NCBI GenBank assembly: GCA_002269645.1
Contig: NIVC01001630.1
Span: 193,331-257,330, forward strand
DNA: 64,000 nucleotides
Direction: 5' to 3'
Source: Macrostomum lignano
Taxonomy: Eukaryota
Shown: in pieces, positions 10,126 to 19,867 of the stretch
Numbering within the stretch: position 1 is the stretch's first letter
How the letters are laid out: the number at the start of each line of letters is the position of its first letter
Translations under genes and position numbers: made by a program
The notes under the pieces: model-generated
Told to the model about the DNA's origin: nothing
Databases searched by the model: none
What the model saw: only the letters and a program-made list of their open reading frames with translations

Positions 10126-13100
10126 TTACTCTTTGTGGATTCCTGCAGTTTTTGCTATCTCAGCATTCAATTTGGACTCGCTTCTGATCCCAGTTTGCTT
10201 CAGAAGTTCCGGGATGCTAGCCGCATTTAGTTGCTTCATCAGGCTTTCAATGCTTCTGATGTTTAGCTGTGCCATCAGATCAGAGACACTGCGAATATTA
10301 AGTTCAGACATCAGACTTTTGACACTTTTTAATCCAAGCGTGTGCAGAAGATCACTTAGTTTTGAGCTGCCCGTCTCAACAATCAGACTGGAGAGATTCG
10401 AAATATGAAACTGCTTCATCAGAGACGTAACATTGCAGATACCAGTCTGTTCCATGAAAGCCTTTAAAGTTGGAAGACCCACTTTACGAACGATTTGCCG
10501 TAGGTTCTTGGCGTCAAGTTGCTTCATTAGTCCTTGAACATCCGAAATTCCCAGCTGACTCATTAGACCTTGGAGATCAGGAATGCGTACTTGTTTCATC
10601 AAGCTCTTAAGGTTCTGAAGTCCGACCTCTCGTAATAGTTGGTGCAGACTCTTTGACCCCAGCTGGTCCATCAGCTTTGGAACGTCGGTAATGTTAAACT
10701 TGGTCATCAACTCTTTAAGATCGTCAAATCCAGCTTCCTTGATTAGAGCGCCCACTGTTCGTACACCGCAACGCTTCAGCAGTTGACGTAGGTTCTTGGC
10801 GTCGAGTTGCTTCATTAGTCCTTGAACATCAGAAATTCCCAGCTGACTCATTAGACCTTGGATATCAGGAATGCGTAATTGTTTCATCAAGCTCTTAAGG
10901 TTCTGAAGTCCGACCTCTCGTAATAGTTGGTGCAGACTCTTTGACCCCAGCTGGTCCATCAGCTTTGGAACGTCGGTAATGTTAAACTTGGTCATCAACT
11001 CTTTAAGATCGTCAAATCCAGCTTCCTCGATGAGAGCGCCCACTGTTCGTACACCGCAACGCTTCAGCAGTTGACGTAGGTTCTTGGCGTCGAGTTGCTT
11101 CATTAGTCCTTGAACATCAGAAATTCCCAGCTGACTCATTAGACCTTGGATATCAGGAATGCGTACTTGTTTCATCAAGCTCTTAAGGTTCTGAAGTCCG
11201 ACCTCTCGTAATAGTTGGTGCAGACTCTTTGACCCCAGCTGGTCCATCAGCTTTGGAACGTCGGTAATGTTAAACTTGGTCATCAACTCTTTAAGATCGT
11301 CAAAGCCAGCTTCCTTGATTAGAGCGCCCACTGTTCGTACACCGCAACGCTTCAGCAGTTGACGTAGGTTCTTGGCGTCGAGTTGATTTATGAGGTCTGT
11401 TAGAGATTTGATTTGTAGTTCGTGTCTCAGGCCACGCAAACTTTTTATTCCGAGTTGCTTTAAGAATGCCATTAGGTTTTTGGAACCCGTTTTTTTCATC
11501 AGTTGTGACAGCTTCTTTACATTTAACTCTTTCATTAGCCCATATACACCCTCAATTCTTGCCTGAGTTAATAAATCTGGAATGCTTGTCACACTTAGCG
11601 TTCGAACTAGATTATTGAGGTTTGGCGAGTTCAGCTTTTTCATCAAAGTGGCCAGGTTTTGAGCCTTAAGGCGTCGCATTAGGTCACGGAAGTTCAGCTG
11701 CTTTAGCTTCTGCTGAAGTGCAGAAAAGCTGGACACCTTCAGAGCATTCATCAGTGTTTCGATATTTCGGCCATTGGCAAGGTGCCTCAGTCCGGGGATT
11801 TTTTTCAGGGCATGTACACTCTTGAGAGGTTCCAAATATTTTGACAACTTGTCAGTTATTCTGTTGACTTTCTCGACGACTGGAATTCTGGATATCGCTT
11901 TTTTAATTAACCTATCGGCAGCTTTGATTTTCTTTAGTCCCGAAATTGATTTGATAACTTTGCGAACTTTTTTCTCCATTCTTCTGAGCTTCCGGAGTCC
12001 CGGAATCCTGTCCAACACTCCCGGGCCGTACTTGTCAACGAGTTTTCTCAGAACAGGGTTCCTGTTTACAATGCCTGTGATCTTGGCGTGTACACCTTTG
12101 ATTTTCGCAACAGCAGGCAGTGCGTTGAGCTTTGCAAAAACTTTTGTCTTTAACGCTGTAAGCTTTTTTACAATCGACAGGCTCTTCAAATTTGCAGCTA
12201 TTTTAGACTTTATTAAAAGAATCTTCTTTACTATCGGTACAGCCTTCAATTTTGTGATGATGAACGTCTTGGCTGCCACAAGCGGCTTTACAAACAGCGT
12301 CTTTGCAGCGGCAGCCGCGACAGCTTTGAATTTAACGACAGCAGCTGCGACAGCTTTGGCTTTAACAAAAGCGGCAGCGGCGGCTTTGACTAGGAATGGC
12401 ACAAAGAAAAATTTTTTTGGATGCCTTCGTGGTTTCTGAAATTATTATTAATAATTAACTCAATTAGTTGGGGTGAATAAATTTAGACAATCAGACAATA
12501 TAGCTGGTATCTCGTAAATGTATTACGTGTTATTCGATAACAACCAATATGAAAGCTAATGAGCGCTACGGTATCAAAAATGTACTATTGAGCGCATACA
12601 TGCGCAACCCCCCTGATTTACACTGGCCATGCGATTTAATTTTTGACCAAAAAATGCGACTTACCTGTGAAAGAAACCCTACAGCAACATTGACGCAAAT
12701 TTTGGGTAAACGGCAGGAGTAACTATAACTGTTCTTTAAGGGCTAAATGCCTCGTCATCTAATTAGTACTACGTCTGTATTCTTTGGGGTGGGCATTTTT
12801 GCAACTCCTGGTCCACCACAATTTACGGTGGCTAGATCGGCCAGGTCAGCCAGCAGTTGCGCATGTATGATTGAGCGTGAGCGTGTGTCTGAGTGCATGT
12901 CTGGCGCTTTGTATCAGGGTGACTACCAGCCCACTTGCAAACTTCTACTTGTCTTATGCCTTATTGATGTTTACTCACATCCAATTCTTGAGGTCCAACG
13001 TACGCGGGCAGATTGGCTGTCTGCAGAGCATCCTTAGACTCTCTGGCCTCCTCGACATCCAAATCTGTTGCTTGACAGGCGACTACAGCGAGCAGCAGTG

Positions 13101-13128
13101 CAAGGCCGCCGATAGATATTAAGCGCAT
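10126..13128 (-). CDS. Secreted prepro-protein A (~819 aa): signal peptide, acidic propiece, Lys-rich amphipathic region, ~45 x 12-aa helical repeats
   Basis: Exon 1 13128-12979: MRLISIGGLALLLAVVACQA TDLDVEEARESKDALQTANLPAYVGPQELD|GTGAGT. Exon 2 12435-10126 follows a TTTCAG acceptor, phase 0 (KPRRHPKKFFFVPFLVKAAA...), in frame with the 758-aa ORF. AATAAA on the minus strand at ~9978-9983. Confidence 0.85.
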
Positions 13129-13654
13129 GGCTTTCTTTTGGAGATTTTAGTAAATTGTTTAGCGATAGTTTTTGAAAATTTAATTTAATATTGAGTTTTG
13201 GGCGTTGCCTGATCAGTTCTTCGGGTTTTAATAGAAATGCCGCATCCGAGAGACCCCGCGAAGCCATCCACACGAAAATAGCAGGATATGACAGTATAAA
13301 ATGAATCCTTGATTTTTAGTTTCGCATTTTCGGTGATTCTCCTAAGCAGTGCATCGCCCCCCATCCAAGAGTGTCAAACCGTAATTCTGCAAATTTTCTG
13401 TCCTTGCTTTTTCATCTCCGTCATTTTTTACTCCAGGATTTGAAAAAACTAAAGAGCAATGAGAAAGACAGAGAGCTAACGATACAGTGCGTAATGTTTA
13501 AAAAAAGCAGATTTTTATAAAAGCTTTATTAATAAGTTGTGATAAAAAGTCCGAAAGTGGTATTTAAAATATTAAAACACACTACACTCATTGTATTAAT
13601 TTTCGTCCTCCAGGCCAAGAACAGATTATAGAAAATACCGATGTGACGACGTAC

Positions 13655-14125
13655 CTGGTGCTAAATCCACTGGTGGTAAATCAGCCTGGTGCTAAATCCC
13701 CTTGGTGCTAAATCCCCTGGTGCTAAATCCCCTTGGTGCTAAAGCCCCTGGTGCTAAAGCCCCTGGTGCTAAATCCCCTGGTGCTAAATCCCCTGGTGCT
13801 AAATCCCCTGGTGCTAAATCCCCTGGTGCTAAATCCCCTGGTGCTAAATCCCCTGGTGCTAAATCCCCTGGTGCTAAATCCCCTGGTGCTAAATCCCCTG
13901 GTGCTAAATCCCCTGATGCTAAAGCCCCTGGTGCTAAATCCCCTGGTGCTAAATCCCCTGGTGCTAAATCCCCTGGTGCTAAATCCCCTGGTGCTAAATC
14001 CCCTGGTGCTAAAGCCCCTGGTGCTAAATCCCCTGGTGCTAAATCCCCTGGTGCTAAAGCCCCTGGTGCTAAATCCCCTGGTGCTAAATCCCCTGGTGCT
14101 AAAGCCCCTTGTGCTAAAGCCTAAA
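13655..14125. repeat. 15-bp minisatellite (GCTAAATCCCCTGGT)n
   Basis: Tandem periodicity; explains the AKSPG/VLNPL ORFs. Confidence 0.95.
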
Positions 14126-14166
14126 GTGCTAAATGCTCTATGTCTCATAAAAAAACCTTTAAAATA

Positions 14167-15157
14167 CGGGTGTCCAAAAAGTAGTGATACTTTTAACCGT
14201 AGCTCTCGTTCTGTAGCTTCCTGTGATTTAAAATTTTATGAACTGATAGCGGAAAATCTCTTCTACAGACTGCTTTTTGAATTTTTAAAATTGATACTAG
14301 AGAACAAAAGTTATACCCACAAAAGTAACAGTACCTGTACTATAGAGTTACACAAATTATAGGCTGAGCTTCACGAGATCCATGCCGAGTAAGCTTCGAT
14401 GAATTGTTGATTTCGGCTTGTCCAACCTGTCAGCGATCTCTCTAATGGTCATTCGGGAGTCCTCGTCAAGAAGATTCAGAATGGAGTCCGCCAGTACATC
14501 AGGTCGATGAACGTATGGCCGCCCCGTCCAATGCTGATCTGCCAAGTCAATCCTTCCCTCGCTGAACTGCTCAATCCATCGATAAACTGTCATTTTGCTG
14601 ACCGCAGAGGATCCGTGCGCAGAGCAAAGTTTTGCGTGAATTTCTGAGGCACCATGGCCAGCGCCCCAAAGAGTGAAGATAGTACTTTGCTGAGCAACAA
14701 CTGAGTGCACATTCATGTGTGTTGTCGAGTATGGGCAATGAAATCATGAACGAATCGCAAAATGCAAGCGATCCTCTGTTTGCAAGTAAAGTAATGCATT
14801 TAATGCTTTATTTTTCTGCGCCTGATCCCGTCCATAGATAAATTTCAGTCAGTCACAGTGAGCATCATTTTGCAATTGGGCTTTGGTATTGCTTAAACAA
14901 GACATTTATCGATGCCTTCTTAATGAATGAGTGCAGAAGTCAACTATTATAAATTTCGATATAATTTGTGTAACTCTATGGTACAGGTACTGTTACTTTC
15001 GTGGGTATAACTTTTGTTCTCTAGTATCAATTTTAAAAATTCAAAAAGCAGTCTGTAGAAGAGATTTTCCGCTATCAGTTCATAAAATTTTAAATCACAG
15101 GAAGCTACAGAACGAGAGCTACGGTTAAAAGTATCACTACTTTTTGGACACCCCTCG
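14167..15157 (-). mobile_element. Non-autonomous Tc1/mariner element with ~195-198 bp inverted ends and TA target-site duplication
   Basis: 14167-14361 is the reverse complement of 14960-15157. The intact end reads TA-CGAGGGGTGTCCAAAAAG. TA at 14165-14166 and 15158-15159. Confidence 0.9.
14357..14716 (-). pseudogene. Truncated mariner transposase (paired HTH DNA-binding region only, no DD34D domain)
   Basis: ASEIHAKL..AHG..AVSKMTVYRWIEQF..G..DLAD..TGRP and DSRMTIREIADRLDKPKSTIHR..LGMDLVKL are mariner N-terminal motifs; the frame stops inside the left inverted repeat. Confidence 0.9.
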
Positions 15158-15631
15158 TACAAAATCTGAAACCTATCCGCTCTTGTTTGATATGTTTAGG
15201 CAGACACATTCTTTTGGAGGTAGAGTTAGTTATAAAACTTAGTCAGAGACCCTTTTTTATATTATACTGTTGAAATTTTGCTATATTTAGCTTTGCACTG
15301 AGTCAAAGGTACGTCATTGTCGATTGTACGTCATTGTGCACCAGAAAGGCTTTGAAGAAAGCGAAACGGATTCCCTTTTAGTGCCAGGAGCGCAAAATAT
15401 CAGCCCACTGCAGGACCCTAATAGAAGATTAAATCCGTCTTTTTCATAATTTCTTGCATCGCTCCGTGTTACAAAATCCTTGATTACTTAGCGAGCTCGG
15501 CCTTCTAAATTCATGAGATGCGCGCAAACGAGAGAAGAAGTATATATATAAACTAAAATATCGTCGATTTACGAGCTAATTTTCGTCCTTGTTATTTTTC
15601 TTCAAAAGATTGCTTACCTGCAAATTGAATC

Positions 15632-16606
15632 ATGCGCTTAAGGAGTCAAATATTTTTCGGAGTCTGTCTAGCTGTGTTGCTAGTGACTCAGGTCTGCTGC
15701 GACAGCGAGAAAAGTCATACTGACGATTTCGATGAGCAGCTGGCAGAGACGGCCAAAAGCTTGGTCGATAGCGAAATTGGTACCGCTGAAGATCCGTTTG
15801 CAGATTTCGATGTGAGTCTAAACCCTTGGAGTTTGTTGCCTCAAGAAGGCGGGTAGATGAGAGAGGAAAAGAGAGGGAATGAGGGAAGGAGAAGAAAGAT
15901 GAGATAAAATATGAGGGAGAGAGGGATGAGAGAAGGTGTTCACGGCTGTTCACTCCAAGGACTGGGGGGTCGCCACACACACCCTCAATTACCCAGCTAA
16001 TGCTGGCACCCATTTTACAGCTGGGTGAACTGAAGCAATGCAGAGTTAACTGTCTTGTTCAGTGACACAAATTGTTCCAGTGGGATTCGGGAATCGAACC
16101 CCCGACCTTCAAGTCTTTGACCACTAGGCTACAACCCTAGCTGCGACACGAGAGGAGAGGAGAGAAAAGGATAGCAAAGAGGAGAGATAAGATGAGAGAG
16201 GAGAGAAGGGATAAGATAGGAGAGAAGAGAGCTGAGAAGAGACACAAACCTCAATCGAACGGGCTTGCTATTGTAAAGTTTCAAAGGACCCGAGGACGGG
16301 ATAGAGAGGCTTCATGGGCAGCATGTGGACGTCGGGTCGGAGTTGTTAATCTTGTTCAATAGATTTCCGGACCAAAGCTAAAGTCTGAAGTTGAAAAAAA
16401 GTTCTAACTTCTGCGAGCATCTCTTATGTTTTTTGTCCCATTGTCCGACAAGTGACCGATTACATTCGGTCAGGGTCTTTACCTCGGGCTCTGTTTAGGA
16501 ACTTAAATTGACGTTCCCTTCTATAGTATCATTACAATACAAGCTATCTACTAAACTACAGGATGCGGAGAGGCTGACAAAGAAGTGGCAAGAAGTGGAC
16601 GAATAA
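15632..16606 (+). CDS. Secreted acidic prepro-peptide B (exon 1 firm, exon 2 tentative)
   Basis: Exon 1 15632-15811: MRLRSQIFFGVCLAVLLVTQVCC DSEKSHTDDFDEQLAETAKSLVDSEIGTAEDPFADFD|GTGAGT, phase 0. Candidate exon 2 16562-16606 (CTACAG acceptor) gives DAERLTKKWQEVDE* with AATAAA overlapping the stop. Confidence 0.6.
15940..16138 (-). mobile_element. tRNA-derived SINE with CORE-like domain
   Basis: Minus strand: A-box-like TAGCCTAGTGG (16131-16121), B-box GGTTCGATTCCC (16100-16089), then GAACAAGACAGTTAACTCTG...CAGCTGTAAAATGGGT resembling the CORE-SINE domain. Confidence 0.7.
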
Positions 16607-16849
16607 AGGACGGTTCGGCAAAATGAATAACTTTTCAATATTAAAGTTGTTTGCTGTTTCAAAATCAGTGAAACATCGGCGCGAATTTTTGCTAAATAAC
16701 ATCTGATAAATTTGTAATTATTATAAATATATAGTCTCGATAGGTCAGTTTTCTTCTAACTAAAGGCTGTTGGATTGTCGATTTTTTATTTTAAATTTCT
16801 GCTACATGTAGCCATCTACCTGTAAATGTGGGTATCTCTATGTTACTCT

Positions 16850-17420
16850 TTCCCTCAGATTTCTCAGATCTCCCTCAGATCTCCCTCAGATCTCCCTCAG
16901 ATCTCCCTCAGATCTCCCTCAGATCTCCCCGAGATATCCCTCACATTCCCTCAGATTCCCTCAGATCTCCATCAGATCTCCCTCAGATCTCCCTCAGATC
17001 TTCCTCAGATCTCCCTCAGATCTCCCTCAGATCTCCCTCAGATCTCCCTCAGATCTCCCTCAGATCTCCCTCAGATCTCCCTCAGATCTCCCTCAGATCT
17101 CCCTCAGATCTCCTTCAGATCTCCCTCAGATCTCCCTCAGATCTCCCTCAGATCTCCCTCAGATCTCCCTCAGATCTCCCTCAGATCTCCCTCAGATCTT
17201 CCTCAGATCTCCCTCAGATATCCCTCAGATCTCCCTCAGATCTCCCTCAGATCTCCCTCAGATCTCCCTCAGATCTCCCTCAGATCTCCCTCAGATCTCC
17301 CTCAGATCTTCCTCAGATCTCCCTCAGATCTCCCTCAGATCTTCCTCAGATCTCCCTCAGATCTTCCTCAGATCTCCCTCAGATCTCCTTCAGAACTCTA
17401 AAATCTCCCTCAGATCTCCC
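16850..17420. repeat. 11-bp minisatellite (CAGATCTCCCT)n
   Basis: Tandem periodicity. Confidence 0.95.
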
Positions 17421-17464
17421 AAAGAGGAACCCTCTTCCCTGGCCTTCTCCGAGTGCCTTCCAAG

Positions 17465-17615
17465 TGACATTTGACTGTCAGTGACACTTGACTATCAGTG
17501 ACATTTGACTGTCAGTGACACTTGACTATCAGTGACATTTGACTGTCAGTGACACTTGACTATCAGTGACATTTGACTGTCAGTGACACTTGACTATCAG
17601 TGACATTTGACTGTA
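17465..17615. repeat. 17-bp dimer repeat (CAGTGACACTTGACTAT/CAGTGACATTTGACTGT)
   Basis: Two 17-mers alternate. Confidence 0.85.
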
Positions 17616-18247
17616 CAGATTTCTAAATCTGTACCTGCAGGGGGTCGAGTCCTCATATGCGACACTAATAAACAGCGCTAAAATTTCACTCAAATGATGA
17701 AAAAATCACTGAAAAAACTTAGGAGACAATATATAGGAGCTGATCAGAGAATATAGCGCTCGATATTCTCTGGAGCTGATTGACGGCTGTCTGATCGCAA
17801 ATTAATCTATTTCTACCATAGATTGCTCAAAGTACGTATTAAATTAGCGTCTCAAAGCCATTTCCCTTAGCTTCAACTTGCTTCATTTTTGCTACCCAAA
17901 ACCAACACAAATTAAAAGCATCTGCACAACACGGATCTTCTAGCAAACTTCAAACCTGGATTTGGATGAGTTAGTAGTTTATTTTGCTTGTGATTTTTCC
18001 AACCGGAGACAGCTGAACTAATAAATCATGGATGCTTTTCATCACAATATTTTCTTGTCTACAATTTCAGTGATCCTATTGTCTTTGTTTTGCTGCACAG
18101 TTTTTATTCTCTGAATATTCATTTTACATTGTGCCGAAGGGCGTAGACTATCAATGGCCAGTATGAGCTAGTTTAGCTAGCAGGTTAAACGATCTATTAG
18201 GGGGAGGGGCGAAAGAGACTGAGATATAAGAGCAGGGAGACACACAC

Positions 18248-18251
<4 letters not shown>

Positions 18252-18311
<60 letters not shown>
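18252..18311. repeat. (AG)n microsatellite
   Basis: Direct. Confidence 0.95.
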
Positions 18312-18316
<5 letters not shown>

Positions 18317-18639
18317 GGAGTGATATTATTCACATATGCTAAATATTTAATTTACTATCTATACGCTACTATCACGATATGATATCCTCTGCCGTAATAC
18401 ATGTTGCAAAGTTATAGCAATTCTATCGTGATTAAGGTTATGAGAAGTCTTATTTGAAAAAAGTAATAGCTCTTATTTAACTACCCATGGAGTAGCTAAT
18501 ACATGAGAATAGTTTATTTTTTGTATACGAGTGTACTATCAATTTTTCAATCAACTATATTTTTTATGGAAAACGGGTCTGATCAACTGGTTAAACGTAT
18601 ATCAAAGTTTTGTAAACGAAAGTTTTTTTTTGTTTTTTC

Positions 18640-19310
18640 TTATTCCAACTCGCCAAAATCGTTGCCACCCTCAATCTGTGGTATCGGGCCGGGCGGCGGT
18701 GGCGGCCTATTCGGCGTCGTAGCTGGCGGCGGCGACTCAGTAGTAACGCGCTGCGTTGTTGGCGGACGGGCTGTTGTCAAAGATGCTCGAGTAGTTTTAG
18801 GTGTCGGTGGAACCATAGTCTTCCTTGATCTTCCGTTCCGGCGCCATCCTCCCCAGTGGCGTCGCCAGGGTCGTCCCCAACGGCCGCGACCTCGACCCCA
18901 GATCGGCCGACGTCGATTCCACCCATATCGTTTAAAAACCCGCTTGATTTGTTTTGCTGCACGCCGAATCCTTCTGAATCGGGACTGTTTCTCCGCTTGA
19001 TCGATTTCCTGTTTGTTTATTTTTTGGTATCGTTATTTTATGTAGACATGAACTAGCGAAATTCAAAACAACGAGTCGGTCGCAAAAAAACTTACGTCAT
19101 CTTCTCCATCTTCGTGGTCGTTAGGAAGGCTTTCCTCAGCTGAAGAATCTTGACTTTCAGTGGCTTCCTCTTCACTGTTAATATCGTCGATGGCTTCAGC
19201 TAGTTGATGGTCTTCACGCTCTGCAGGGTCATCGTGGTAGCGGACGGCGCTACCTGTTGCTAGTGGCAGCAGCTTGGCGGTAAGAAGCGCTGCATGGCAA
19301 GAAATCGCAT
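18640..19310 (-). CDS. Secreted prepro-protein C: acidic propiece, Arg/Trp-rich cationic peptide, Thr/Pro stalk (1-nt frameshift in the signal peptide as assembled)
   Basis: Exon 1 19310-19096: MRFLA(fs)AALLTAKLLPLATG SAVRYHDDPAEREDHQLAEAIDDINSEEE...EDGEDD|GTAAGT. Exon 2 19008-18640 (AACAG acceptor, phase 0): EIDQAEKQSR FRRIRRAAKQIKRVFKRYGWNRRRPIWGRGRGRWGRPWRRHWGGWRRNGRSRK TMVPPTPKTT...ELE*. Confidence 0.75.
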
Positions 19311-19867
19311 ATTTTTGTATTTTCTACCGGCTGTAAAGAAGAGAAAGTATCAGAAATTAACTCGGCTCCGAGATACAGCTTAAGCGAAAATTTATTTTAA
19401 AAAGATTTCTTTTCGAATTCCCGGATTTTCATACTCAATGAAGTCCTGGATATGCAGAGCCAACAGTTGTTTTGAATTGGCGAGTCACTACTAATAGCAT
19501 CATAAAGTTTTTTTTCCGAAAAAATTTCAAACAGAATGAACGAGGCATAAGATGCATCTGCAGTCAAGCTCAAGTATCACCTGTGTGTATTCCAATGTTT
19601 TACTCTTAATAGACACCTCAATAGTCGTAGCGCGAGACTAAATAGTAGAAAAAAAAGTGAGGATTAAGGCTGGCGCATTTTGCTCTTAAGTCTTTCTCGT
19701 TTTCAAAGTTCTTAGAACCGCGTATGCGAAAATATTGTCATTTCAGCTTTTTTATTTCAGTCGGACAATCGAAAATAATACGACACCAGAAACCAAGAGA
19801 TTTAAAGAGTTAAGTTAGATTTTGACTTAAGACTTTTACGACGCTTTTCTCGCTGAAGGCAGCTAGG

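Noticed and set aside
11774-12439. 221-aa plus-strand ORF (also 10097-10408)
   Set aside because: Antisense shadow of gene A.
16089-16138. tRNA gene
   Set aside because: A and B boxes are present but no cloverleaf closes, and a SINE core follows.
18503-19056. Plus-strand 165-aa and 66-aa ORFs
   Set aside because: Antisense to gene C, whose minus frame has splice sites and a coherent precursor design.
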